Below are positions 51,132 to 63,901 of a DNA stretch of 64,000 nt, piece after piece. Within the stretch, counting starts at the first letter, position 1. Each line of letters starts with the position of its first letter. The stretch is from Lophium mytilinum (taxonomy: Eukaryota). The position numbers and the translations under genes are program-made. Below the pieces are notes generated by a model, which saw only the letters and a list, made by a program, of their open reading frames with translations, ran no database searches and was not told the DNA's origin. Where the stretch lies: NCBI GenBank assembly GCA_010093605.1, contig MU004187.1:1124018-1188017 (forward strand). Direction: 5' to 3'.

Positions 51132-51351
51132 AGAAGTGTAAGAAGTGTAAGAAGCGTAAGAAGTGTAAGAAGTGTTAAAAATAGGAGTGATGGGAGTAAT
51201 GGGAGTAATAGGAGTAATAGGAGTAATAGGAGTAATAGGAGTAATAGGAGTAATGGGAGTAATGGGAGTAATAGGAGTAATAGGAGTAATGGGAGTAATG
51301 AGAGTAATGGGAGTAATGGGAGTAATAGGAGTAATGGGAGTAATGGGAGTA
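51132..51351. repeat. Compound 9-bp minisatellite
   Basis: agaag(t/c)gta x5 at 51132-51175, then at(a/g)ggagta x19 at 51181-51351. Confidence 0.97.
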
Positions 51352-51427
51352 CAACAAGCAAAACCGCTAAAGTACCCAACACGCGTCGTTAAGTTATACA
51401 CAAATCCAACCAAATCACCCAACCCCA

Positions 51428-52476
51428 TCAACTCCCCAGCAACGGCCTCTCCTCCTCCCGCCCTCTCTCACCGCCGCCTATCCTAAAACGCGCCCACCAA
51501 CTCCTCTGCACTACACCCTCATCCTCCCCATCAATAACTAGAACCTCCTCCTCCCTCTGGCTACCCCTGACCCTCCTCCACCACCTCCCCCACCCCTCCC
51601 CCTTCCTAACCCAAATGCCCTCCCTCCCATCTCCATATACCACCCACCCCCCTTTCCCGCCATTCCAAACCCCAACACTCCATCTGCATATCTTAACAAG
51701 CAGCCAGGTCCCAATCAAAACAGCGAGGGTAACAAGGATAGTAACGACGCTAGTCAAGAACGTGATGGTCGAGACCTGACACCCCAATCCCGTGGTGCGG
51801 AGTTCGAAGCGCTCGGAGCCGAGGGCGCAGATGTGGTGGTGGGAGAGCGGGGAGAGGAGGGGGAGGGCGCGGGCGAGGGGGGTGAGGGGGAGGGGGAGGC
51901 AGGTGCCGGACTGTGGGTGGGGTGTGTCAGAAGGGGTTTAGAGGCGACGGGTGTACGTTATAAAAGATAGACAATTTAAGGAATATAAGAGGAATTGTAG
52001 ATAGTGAAGTAAATACAGAGAGAGAGGGTTGAGTTAGAGTGTAATATGAGAGTGTGTGCGCTTGGGAGCCTAGTAGTGCATTACAGGAAAGCGGAAGCAA
52101 TGGAAAATATTAAGCTTGATCGAAAAATGTAATGTTTTCAGGATGGCTATCAGTCGATTGGACATGTCTGTTTTCTTAGGGAAGACTATTCTATTCTTAT
52201 GTTGTGACTGACGTTGCGTAGAAATGAGGAACAGATAACTGTTCGAAGAAGGCCAGGTAGGATAACGCAATAAAAGAGTCAACTTCAGAACTGTGAAGGA
52301 CGTACAATCGGACACCACCCGCAATGATGCCGGCTTCGGTGACAGTCACCGCAGTCTAAGATTCCCCAGCAGTGTTCCAATCGCTCACGGTCGTCTTTGG
52401 GTCCAGAGAGAGTAAGCGCAAGGCTAGAGAGGTTCAAGTCGAGCTCCGAGCGGGGCATGAGTGCAGGGCACGGCAT
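51428..52476 (-). CDS. Small single-pass membrane protein with PSI-like Cys domain
   Basis: Exons 52476-52306 and 51910-51428; [51 protein letters not shown] helix, EERPLL end. Start codon uncertain (52476 or 52458). Confidence 0.82.
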
Positions 52477-52742
52477 TGAGACGTGCGAAAAGCAGTTATT
52501 ATGTATCTATGGTGCCAAGTAAATGAAGTCTAAAGGTTACGGATGTACAGAGGCTCGTGAGACGTGAAGGTGGTTGGAGATATGAACTGAAGCGTCGACA
52601 CTTGCAGGGGTTTACGATAGGCGGCTGGTCTGATCACGTGAATGTTCAATGTGAATTGAGTGATTACGATGAATTTCAAGAACATCAATCGCATGGTATC
52701 TAAGACTAACAGTAAAAGCGACATGCAGCAACTGTGACCCAT

Positions 52743-54331
52743 CTAAAAGAGATTCGTTTTAATCTCCGTCGTCACCACGATCTTCTGATCCAGCTTCTCT
52801 CGCCTCCCCTTCGTAGACGCCTCGCTCGCATCATCTAACGCAATCCCTTCTACTGAATGCAAGCTCTTAAAGGGATGCACAATCGCATCCCGCGACCCTG
52901 TGCGCTCCATATCCTCCAAATCAACGCCTGCCTCATGCTCCGACTTCCCAGTCCCATACCATCTCCTTCTCTCCCCGGTCCCAGACCTGATCTGCATACT
53001 CTTCTTGACAGACACAAACGCTTTCCACCCAAAGACCTTCCTTAGTAGCGGCCACCAGCACATCAAATTCGCCACCATGACACTCACACTAGCCTCCCGG
53101 ATATGCCATACCATATACACCGTCGTCCCCGGCAGCGTGAAATTATAGTACTTGTTCAAGAACGCGGCCAAGATAACAAACACACCCATGCTAAACACGC
53201 CAACCAGCGCGGCTTTCTTCGCAGGCTTGACGCTGGCCCTGAGGATCATCGGGATCGGGATAGCGAGCATGAGTGCGTCCGAGGAGATGTTGAAGACGGT
53301 TTGGATGATGCAGTAGGTGTGGTAGGTGGTGCATTGCGTGCTGTATGGGAATATGGACCAGTATTGCGAGAAGGGGCGGCAGAGGATGAAGAGGGGGATC
53401 TCGGTGGCGATGAAGCCGAGGACGACGTAGCCGATGACGAGTTTTACGAAGAAGTTTTGGAAGGTGCGGCGTCTGGGGGATCGTTAGATTTGTGTGAAGA
53501 GATTTGGTAGTCGGAAGCTTGTAGAGTGGAAATATGGCGAAATGGAAGGATTGAGGGGGTAAAGCTTGTAGAAAGCAGATGTCGAAGGTACGCAGGAACA
53601 TGAGACTATGGAGAGCCATGAGGGATGAAGATGTTAGGAGATATAGGAGATTGAATCAGCTGTGGAAGGTATGACTTTCAGAAAATCCAGAGGCGTGTGA
53701 GGTGAGAAAGTTCAAAGCTATGAAGAAAAGAAAAATTCGTAGGAAGTGCGTTTGAGATTAGGAGGTTCTTTGACGAGTTGGAAGTTGTAAAACTCACGTC
53801 ATTTGGTAGCTTTAAAGATAAGTTAGTTCTGCGTTGCTGGTGTCATTGGAGCTGAGGCAGACTTACTACAGTGTGCACAAACATGCTTTCACACCCCATA
53901 ATGTAAGAAGATAACATTGATTAGACCCAACGACAATCTTGCTTCCGCGTATCCGGCTGGCAACATCGTGAGCATTTGCGAGTATCTCTGCCCGCGTGGC
54001 GGGGTCATATTCGTTGGTGCCAAAGTGACCGGATAGCTGTATGAGGATAAGGAGTGTGGTATAGCAACCCTATATCTATGAGTATTTTTTAAGGTATGCG
54101 AAGCTGGAGAATGTACTAACGAAGGTCACTACCATCACATAGTCATCTGGCTGGAGGTTCAATATGGACTTTTTCGCAATTGCTCGAGACCATCTAGTGA
54201 TGTTAGAATCTGGCAAGACATAAATCACAAGGCTGAAATACTTACATTCTGCCGATAAAAAGAAAGAAAGCAATGCACCAGAATACCACAGACTCAACAA
54301 TTAGTTGGCGCGTAGTAGGATTGGAATGCAT
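52743..54331 (-). CDS. Rhodopsin-domain (PTH11-like, no CFEM) multi-pass membrane protein
   Basis: ATG 54331 (MHSNPTTRQLIVES); DDYVMV; CRPFSQYW..C..NISSDALMLAIPIP; KKAALVGVFSMG; WHIREASVSVMVANL; several introns not all resolved. Confidence 0.82.
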
Positions 54332-55432
54332 ATTGTCCTGTGTTTTACTTTATTTTGAGGGGGATATAATATGGTTTGCCCAGGGCGAGTAATCTACTGG
54401 CGTTCATGCCCTGAATATTCCAGAAGATTGCATAAATAGAAATACGAGTCCCAGTAGAGAAGGTCGGGGCTGGTCTGCTCGTAAACACGTGGAAAAGTGG
54501 TCTTTGGCCCTGCAGGCGTCTTGATATAAACCCAGGGCCATGGAACCGCGCAGGCCCCATGCCCTGACAATCTTCCCGGGCGGGATATTGGGGAAAGATA
54601 AGAGGAAAAACGACTGATAGACATTCCTGGGAGCTGCGCCGTGACGCGGTACCAACGGGTGAGCAGTGCCACGATACTCTAATGCAGGATCACACTCTAA
54701 GCCGCGGTGTGCCGCGGTCTCCCCTTGAGTAGATATGGGACGCCTATCCGCCTCCAGGACAAGAAAATGGAGTCATCCAGGAGGTACTCGGCGTCCTCTG
54801 TAGGGAGCCGCGCTCAAGTCCTTATCAACTTCTTCTAGGCCTGCGCCGCGGGGCCGCGTTGACCATGATACCTATACCGCTATAGGAAGTACGAAGTGTG
54901 ATTTGCAACAAGCGGGAGGATTGCCGCGTGGGATGGCTGTATGCACAAGCAGAAACTAGGAGATCATACTCCAACGGGCGAGCGGCCGAAGCGCAAGGGG
55001 AACTGTCAGGAACTCAATGTCAAGGCGTGGTGGTGGCGGGGAGAAAGTCGATTTAATCCCTGTGGCTCGCGGAAGACGCCGATCACCGGATGGCCCCATA
55101 CCTGCGGCAGTACTGTCTTGATTGAGCGTTTATATACGCCCATGCTAACGTGTTCCAGCATGTTATGTCACCCCTCCCAATGTGTGGGTCCGTCAGCACT
55201 TAACAGACCCTATCTGGGCCCATTATTACGCTGATGGGTTTAGGGTGTGTGCTAGCGTGCTAAGGTGGGCATATGTATACGCTCATTCAATACGATAAAA
55301 GGGTATCGTAGCATTGCGGCACGTGGCACGAGTGCACAGGAATGCCTTACCAGGCCAAGCGACTGTGCAGATGCCATTAGCCTCAGGGGTACTAGGTATG
55401 TATCTCGAAACAATCGAACCGGGACAGCTGCT

Positions 55433-58302
55433 TCAATCCAGGCCGATCCACTCCCCCTCATCGTCCATGTCCTCGTCGTCGACACCCAAGTCGCTTCCTT
55501 CGTCCACCTCAAACTCCAGTCTCTTTTCCTGTGCCTCCTCTTCAATGATAGGCTGCGCGAGAAGATACTCGATCCTGTATACATTCTCGTCTGCGAGTCT
55601 CGCTAACTCGGTCTGAATCCGAACAACAGCCTTTTGCAGACTTCGCAGCTCTGCGTCCAGGGTGCCCTTGTTGTCTTTCAACCATCGACCGTGCTTGCTC
55701 AAAAGCGCCTCGATCCACATCAGGTTGAACTCAAGATGTGGGCTCTCATCCGCCTGCAAGGCTAAGAATCGCAACAAACGTGCGAGATAGACAGCGGGCA
55801 TGTCCCTCACGACGAGAGTGATGTCTGATATTGGTGTAGCCTCGTAGACGCGCCGAATAAGTGCCCGTTCATTGAGTCGGAAAGCCATGACGAGTGCTTT
55901 GAGGAAGTCTCGCTGCCTCAACGTCTCGAGGGTGCTTTCGGGTGTGACAGTGATGTCGAGATCGAATGGATCAAACAGAAGGGCAGTGTCCAGGGAGTAG
56001 ATCAGCAGGCCTTCTGTTGATGCTGCACAGAATGCTCTGCCAGTAGGCGCAAATGCAACAGCAGGGACGCGCACTTCCGGTCTTGTCCTACGAGCGGCGG
56101 CATCCCCGCGCGTTGCACCGGGCAGACTCCGGTCGAGGCGATCCTCGAGGTCAGATGCCTCCCCCTGATCGTCAATCAGGCCCCTCGGCCCAGCCTCTGT
56201 GAGAAGCTTACTATTCAGGAACTCTTGTGTTCCGTCTAGAGAAAGGTTCACTGAGACGGTGTACTTCTTAGCCAGTACACCTGACTGCACATCGTACAGA
56301 CAGATGTACTTGCTATTACCTCCAGCTAAGACGCAGGTACCGTCGGCGCTGTATGTGACGGTGGTGAAGCTTTTCGTGCCTGCTACATTTGCAGCAGTGC
56401 GACGATCGGTCAGTTTGCGACCGCCAGAAACATCGCGGCGAGCGTCGATTCCATTCTGCTGGGATGCCTCGGACACAGACCAGAAGGTGAGTTGGCCATC
56501 GAGAGTTGTGACAGCGACCTGTTTTGAATCGGGACGGAAGGCGACGCATAAAACGTCAGCCATGAGTTGCAACGGCTCACTGGTTTGAGTTCGCGCGAAT
56601 ATGCTCCAAATCCGGACCGTGTGGTCCCAGCTACCGCTAACCAATGCGCTGCTATCTGGGGCGAACGCAAGTGAAGATACGGGTCCTTCATGGCCGGTAA
56701 GCTGATCCAATAGCTGGCCTGTTTGAACCGACCAAATGTGGATGTCAAACGAATCGATAGATCCAGCGCATACAACCTCTCCGCTTGGATCTACCGCTAG
56801 AGATGAAAATGATAGCCTAGTTGGGGCAGTGAACGTCCGGAAATTTCGATATCGTATAAGGTCCCATGCTCGAACTGAGCCATCGAGACTAGATGTGAAG
56901 AGAACATTCCCCCTTTTTGCGAATTCGCAAGCTGTGACACCGCTGGTATGTTCGGTGAAAGTCACAATACAGAATCCAGAGTTTACGTCCCAGACTTTGA
57001 TCTTCCCATCGTCTGCTGTCGTGATGATCTTTTGCCCGTCTGGAGAGTACACAATGGAATTCATCGAATCGTAATGGCCTTGCTGCTTTAAGATGTATGA
57101 CTCTGACTGCCACTCCCAAACTAGAAGCTGGCCTAATTTTGACGCGCCAAAAGCGAGCCACTCGCCAGTCTTATTAATGGCGACATAGTCAATGTCGTTT
57201 TGGGAGATACTAAAGAGATTAGTTTTTGGCCATGGTTCTCACTGAGGCAGCTTACCTTAGAGTTTGGATCGTGCTGAACTCAGGTAATTCATAGATACCG
57301 AATATACCATTCGAGAATCCCGTCACTAAGAGATTAGATTCTGCGTGAAAGGCTGCACACGTTACATTGGCGTTGTTTTGCATGAAGTAATGTCTGTCGG
57401 TGATTCTCCACTGCATATTATCGTCATCCATTTCTGGATCCTCCGTCGCATTTGGCCGTAAGACGTATCTCCACTGGAAAAGCGCGCCGTCTTTACTGAC
57501 GGTATATATCTATGGAGCGTAAGCAGTCAGTTCTTAAGCCGCTTGGGACATCAGCCGTACCCACCGTTTCCTGGTCTTTCGAGAACCACGCTCCAACAAC
57601 ACCTTGTTTATGACCGCCTAGCGTAGTAGGTACAAAGCCTTCTTCGGGATTTAGACTCCACATCCTAGTGGTCAGATCCTTCGAGGCAGTCAAGAAGAAG
57701 CGCGAGTCCTTCGACCATTCTATGCTTTGAATTTCGTCAAAGTGTCCGGCGTGCGAGTGATGTCGTACAAACGGCGCAAACTCGAGGTCACCGTCTGTTA
57801 CGTCAGGCGTCGATGGTGTATGCCATACCTCCACTCTCCGGCCAATGGCTACAGCGAAGTGCCGACCTGAGGGCGCGAATGAAAGGGCGGTCACTTCGCC
57901 CTTGAACGTGAAGTGGTAGAGAGCGACTCTCCGGGGGAGGTTGGTGAGAATTGCGCGACCATCTTCGTCGACAGATAGGAGGAGATTTCCACGAGGATTG
58001 AGGGCGAGACGGGCGATGTTCCGTCGGTGGGCAAACGGGAGGGTATATGATTTGTTACTGCAACATAATGAGCATGTGCGGTGTGATATCATGCGGCCAG
58101 AGGGTAGCCTCCATACTTTACAAGATCGAACACAGAGACGCGATTCCCAACGGGCGAAAGAAGGCAAGTTCCGTCGGGCGCAAAGAGTAGGTTGCCTCTG
58201 CTGTAGACAGTGCCCAGCAGATTGGAGAACTGGAGGCGCGCATTAGATTCAATGATACAACAGGATTCTCTTGGTGCTCACCTTAAATTCGGTCTTCATC
58301 AT
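55433..58302 (-). CDS. PWP2: Periodic tryptophan protein 2 (U3 snoRNP UTP-B WD40 subunit)
   Basis: N-terminus MKTEFK|FSNLLGTVY..GNL; LLVWEWQSESYILKQQGH; RAWDLIRYRNFRTF; AASTEGLLIYS; ALVMAFRLNE. Confidence 0.96.
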
Positions 58303-58641
58303 GAGTGTGTGGGAGCTACTCAGACATGGCGGGGTGTGTTGCGGGACTCGCAGCGAGCATCTCGAACTTTTTTCTGGTGTTGCAGCGAGCTCAGGCCGCG
58401 CATAGGCTTTCTCGCTCCCCTAGCGTGCCTTCCCCAGGCCGTGTGTGGTTGGTCCGTGGTGCTTGCCGAAGGGGTCCAGCGCAAGCAGAGAAAGGGGAGA
58501 CCACAATTCATCCTCATCCCCAACATCACCACGACAGCACCCTCTCCTCCCGCCACACCCATCGACTCGCCTGCGAGCCGCTCCCGAGTCCAGCTGCCGC
58601 TCTACAAACCACATCCCAGTGAATAATCCTCACTTCGCACC
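58303..58641. promoter_or_regulatory. Short divergent intergenic region between PWP2 and the septin (probable bidirectional promoter)
   Basis: About 340 bp between head-to-head start codons; contains a GAACTTTTT tract. Confidence 0.5.
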
Positions 58642-60132
58642 ATGTCGGCCCCAACTAACGGACGCAACCCCCAGGAGCCTCTTCCCCAAACCAACACGTC
58701 CGTTGCAGAGGACCCCGACTTCGCCATGGCCGAGTCCGCATCCCCAATTGGCATTGCCAATGTATGTCTCAATGCTGTCCTCCAAGCTGCTGCTGTACTG
58801 ACTATCCCTTCTAGCTGCCTAACCAGCGGTTCGTCCCGTCTTCGAGCTCCCAGAAATCTCCAATCTAATTCATGACAGCCACAAGATCGTTGCTAAGCGC
58901 GGTGCTGCCTTCACCATAATGGTATGCACAAGCATATTGAACAAGCTGCCTAGAAAGCTGTATCTAACGCGCGATAGGTGGCTGGCGAGTCCGGTCTTGG
59001 AAAGACAACCTTCATCAACACCCTCTTCTCCACGACAATTAAGAACTATGCCGACCATAAGCGCCGACACAACAAGCAGATTGACAAGACCGTCGAGATT
59101 GAGATCACCAAGGCTGAGTTGGAAGAGAAATTCTTCAAAGGTAGGCTAGCATAGAACTCCTGGCAAAGGAGAATTTATGGCTGACTTGACCAGTCCGCCT
59201 CACTGTCATCGACACTCCTGGGTTCGGCGACTATGTCAACAACCGCGACTCCTGGCAGCCAATCATCGAGTTTTTGGACGACCAGCATGAGTCGTACATG
59301 CTCCAGGAGCAGCAGCCCCGCCGTAGCGACAAGATCGACCTTCGAGTCCACGCCTGCCTCTACTTCATCAGACCTACCGGGCACACCTTGAAGCCGCTTG
59401 ATATTGAGGTCATGAAGCGTCTTTGCACCCGAGTCAATCTGATTCCAGTCGTGGCGAAGGCAGATACTTTGAGCCCAGCAGACCTAGCCAAGTTCAAGTC
59501 AAGAGTGCGTCTAGGTTTACCTAATTTAAAATGCAAATCTAACAATGTTTCAGGTCAGGGCCGTCATTGAAGCCCAGGGCATCAAGATCTACCAGCCACC
59601 GCTTGAGGAGGATGACGAGGCTGGTCTCCAGCACGCACGTAGCTTGATTGCCGCGATGCCGTTCTCTGTCATCGGGTCCGAGAAGGATGTTCAGACCAAC
59701 GACAACCGCACCGTCAAGGGCCGCCAGTATGCCTGGGGTGTGGCTGAGGTGGAGAACGAGGAGCACTGTGACTTTAAGAAGCTCCGCGCCATTCTCATCC
59801 GAACTCACATGCTCGACTTGATCCACACAACCGAAGAGAACCACTACGAGGCGTACAGGGCGCAGCAGATGGAGACGCGGAAGTTTGGCGAGGCTCGTCC
59901 CAGAAAGCTGGACAACCCCAAGTTCAAGGAGGAGGAGGAGGCCCTCCGCAAGCGATTCACGGAGCAGGTCAAGGTCGAGGAGCAGCGCTTCCGATCGTGG
60001 GAACAGAAGCTCATCTCCGAGCGCGACCGCCTCAACAAGGACCTGGAGCAAAGCCACGCCGTTATCAAGGCTCTCGAACAGGACGTCGACTCTCTCCAAG
60101 GCAGCCTCAACCGCTCTCACGGCCGCCGCTAG
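58642..60132 (+). CDS. CDC12: Septin, Cdc12/AspC/Spn4 group
   Basis: Spliced [67 protein letters not shown]; C-terminal coiled coil; 14-nt microexon 58815-58828; alternative ATG at 58726. Confidence 0.93.
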
Positions 60133-60721
60133 GTTGCTTGCATGTGCAGGCTTCTATCCATTTTCTCATTTCTGCTTCAAGATACCTCTCCTTTCGGCTT
60201 CTTAGGTTTCTAATGGCGTGGCGTATAGCGACTGGAGGCTTGACTTCCTGGAGGCTGGGAGCATGTTCCGCGCTGCTTAGCTTCAGGGAGGGGTAAAGTT
60301 AGCATATTAGTGTTTGCGGGAGCGTTGTATGGTGACAGGGGAAAATTGGGGACCATAGCACGCAGGTACCTCTTCCGGTCCTGTAGATTTAATTAGGTTC
60401 CGTAAGGCTGGTCCAATGGTGTGTTTAGTAGCAGTTGCTTGTGATGCATGATTTGTAGCAAAGAGTGGTTCTCATTCCGCTTCAACAACTCGAGTTACTG
60501 GTCTATTCCAACGCAGCGTAACCACTCATGGTGCCTGCAATCAAGTCCGGGTCCCAAACCGACCGCACTCGTGCCTTTCCTCAAGAAAGTAATCCGTAGA
60601 CGTGAGGTATACCCTCAACAACGTCATCTCGACCATATCCAAACCGCAACAACGCTTTCATAACCCTCAAATCCATTTACGCCAACAATGCCCTAGCACC
60701 AACATCTCCTCGCCAGGCGCC

Positions 60722-61344
60722 TCAGCTAAGCCCCAGCCCCCCAAACGCCCGATCCAGCTCCTCGCCCTCCCGATTCCCCCTCCCGACCTGCTCCCGCGCT
60801 GCCACCGGATCCTGCATCTCCACCTCTCCCATCCCCTCCTCATGCCCTTGTCCCCCACCCGCCCGCTCCGGCACCAGCATCCGCACCTCCTCATCCAACC
60901 ACCCCGGCGCCACCCGCCGCTTCTCCGCCAGCTCTGCCGCCCGCCGCCGCTCCTCCCACCCCGCGACCGTCGCGCGGGCTTTCTGTTCCAGCGAGTTCAG
61001 GTGCGCCTGCAGCGCGCGGCAGGAGGCGATGATGTCGTCCGGATGGGCGGCGTGGCCGGAGGCGGAGAGGACGTAGGGGGTGCGGTTGGTGGGGTCTTGC
61101 TGGGCGTCGGCGGTGGATTGGGAGGGCAGGCTGGTGTTGGTGTTGGTGGGGTCGGTGATGGAGGGGGGTAGGGTCGAGGGGAGGGATTTGTAGGTGTATG
61201 GGAGGGTGGTCGCGGCGGGGAGGGAGAGGAAGGGGGAGACGGTTAGGGGGAGTTGGGCTAAGAGGGGGTGGGGGTCTGAGAGAGTCAGCTGGGGGTTGAC
61301 GGTCTGGGGGAGGGTAGGAAGGGGGACAGACGTTCGTCATGCAT
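60722..61344 (-). CDS. Conserved-looking fungal hypothetical protein
   Basis: ATG 61344 and one short intron give MHDEHPHPLLAQLPLTVSPFLSLP..LPYTYKSLPSTLPPS..IIASCRALQAHL..AEKRRVAPGWLD..EELDRAFG. Confidence 0.8.
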
Positions 61345-61774
61345 TGGACGAGAGAGAGATATTTTCAGGTCGTGGAGGTTGAGCTTCGTTGGGTGGGAAG
61401 CTTTAGGAATGACAGATGCGTCCGGTGCAGCTTTAGGGTGGACGGTAAAGTGTGGTGGAGTTCGCGGGGAGCTTGTGGAGCGGTGTTGTTACGAAGCGCG
61501 GGCTATGGAGGTAACACACTTGTTACGGAGATAGAACATGGTCACGTGGCCTATTTAATCAAAGTAATCGACACTTAACATCGACTATTCTAGGGAGCTG
61601 ATAGTGTTTGAAATGCCATGTGTATTTATTCAGATTCAACCAGAGGACTCTTCGATTGCTAACAGCTAACGGTTAATGGACTCCCTAAGATCCACCACCA
61701 CACTGAACTTCCGACTCATAATTCCAGCCTTTTCAGACAGTAAACATTCAGAATCTCGTTTCGAGAGATCATGT

Positions 61775-62819
61775 TCAGCAGTTGAACACTGTCGGCCCTG
61801 GGATAGTATATGTAGTCGGCGTTGGGTAATAGAGATTGAACTTAATGCCCGGATCAGTCCCCTGATAAGCACCTGGGAAGCTGACTCCAGAGGGCGAAGT
61901 GCTACCACCTCCCGAGATGTTTAGTTGGGCACATTCCATGTAGAGCTGCGCACCAGGGTAAGAGCTTGCACCATGCAGCGCAATGACTTCAGCTCTCAAG
62001 AGATATCTGGTAAATATGGTCAGAGAGATGCGGTTTCAAACACACGTACGACTTACTGCCCGCTTGCAATACAAGTAGGAATCTTGAAAGACACCTTGCC
62101 TTTATTGTTGTACAGACGAGTGACCGCCCATTGCAAATTCGAGTCTAACCCGTCCTCGTAGATCTTGAACCCTGCACATTGTTATGGGGCGAGCAACTCA
62201 TCTTGGAGTGGAAACGTACAACTCAGTCCGGTCACTGTCGTGGTCGTAGCGCTGCTGACTTTCGCAAGATATACAATGACGGGCCCAAGGTGACCGGGAT
62301 CAATCGGGTCTGACGAGTAGCCGGTGTTCGCACTGTCTAAAGTGTGATGCCACTCTGCGGTGACTTGAGCTCCAGCAGGAACCTATGCAGAGTGTGAGTC
62401 TGGTTGCTATACGCTCACTACACTCAAGGTCAATCCTAACTCACATCGATGACCTTTGAAGGAAGCGGGGTATTTAGAGGATTGGGTCTAGTTCGACGTC
62501 AATAGAGGATATCTTCTCTAGGGCATTCCTGTAGACCTACCCGCCGTTGCAAATAACATCGTTAGATGTCACATCTGTAATCGGTCTACCGATCAGTCAG
62601 CAGTGCCAGCTTTTCTGAACCAAGATAGTGGCGTGCTACCCATCGTAAGTCTGATTGAAAGTCAGCAGAGCGCACAGATTGAAGAAGATGAGACGCTCTT
62701 ACCGGCACACGAATACCCTCAGTGTGTCCAGCTGACACACCATTTACCCAGAGCTCTTGAAAGATGGTATGCGTAGATACGCTAACAGCCAACGACAGTG
62801 CCACAACGAGGGTCTTCAT
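61775..62819 (-). CDS. AA9 lytic polysaccharide monooxygenase, no CBM
   Basis: Signal peptide then His1 (HTIFQEL); [49 protein letters not shown]; six introns including an 11-nt microexon at 62640-62650. Confidence 0.95.
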
Positions 62820-63901
62820 GACGGGGAAGTGCACAATATTTGCCGGAGAGCTTTTACAGCGATGATATAGCGACGGCACAAGTTAAGTCAACGGGCTACC
62901 AGAAGAGCCATGGCTACCACGCTGTATAAGAATGTGCCCAGCTTGCCTAGTGACTGTGATCACGGACGTTGTTCTCGATCAGGAACGGAAGGACAGGAGA
63001 GAGTCTACTGAATGACCGAGAAATGTTCACTTTAGTGCCGCAATCGACTGAGGGGGCGACGTAGTATGTGGGAGTCCATCACAGACAGCTCTACCATTGG
63101 CTCGCGGTATTACCATGGGCACTTGGCCAAGGTATAGAAGGCTAGAAAGGACTCCAACTTCGAGTTTCGATCGATATATGGTAATCAAATGGGAGATGCG
63201 AGGATGACAGGATTACTGAAAACGGCGGAGTTCGAAAGTAAGACACGCAGCGGGGCGCGGAGATGGAAGGGTCAGGCTCTCCATAGGAGGGTGATCTGGG
63301 CGACTCAAATTGAATAGATTACCATCTATTGGCAGGCTGGGGTGTTTCAACCGTCAAAGGCCCTCGCTAGGAGTGCAGTGCCGTTTCCTACGCGTGGCCC
63401 GCTGGCAGTGAAAAGCTTGATGGGAACAGGCCTTCGGCAGCCGGCAGACAGGCAACGGCAAGTTACAGCGCGTGCCGTGCCGGATAATATACAGCTGTGG
63501 CTTAACGATGGTGTTTATGAGAGAGAACAGGCGCTGGGAGGAGAAGTGCTGGGATCCCCTGGAGCGCCACCGGCCCATTGTGGTTAGAGAATTGTAGGGA
63601 TGTGAGGGATGGCCGGCAGCTTGACGATGTTTCCGCCGCTCTGCAATCTACCTCAATCAAAACACCATATAATTCCGCTACCAATTGACCCGGAGGCCCG
63701 TGACTCGCCTGCTCATCATGCGTCCTCATGGCTCTCGGTCCCTGGTTAGCAATCGTACCAGGCACAATGATCGAGCAGTCACGGCGTTCCTGATTCAGGA
63801 GCGCTGCGGTAAAACGTCTCTGCCACGTCCCTCGATAGTAGGCCAGAGTGGAATCTCACGGGTCATGATCCTTCATACTCCTGGCTAAATTGGAAGTCTC
63901 C

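Noticed and set aside
51005..51486. ORFs through the minisatellite, including [10 protein letters not shown] repeats resembling the omphalotin/borosin core GVIGVIG
   Set aside because: A stop-free 9-bp unit opens several frames at once; there is no leader or borosin methyltransferase domain, and unit variation fits RIP.
27793..60120. Long antisense ORFs over real genes (e.g. 27793-28308, 33422-33967, 59539-60120)
   Set aside because: Shadows of strong codon bias on the coding strand.
62820..63400. CreA (SYGGRG) and XlnR (GGCTAR) sites upstream of the LPMO
   Set aside because: Hexamer matches are present but at a frequency expected by chance.
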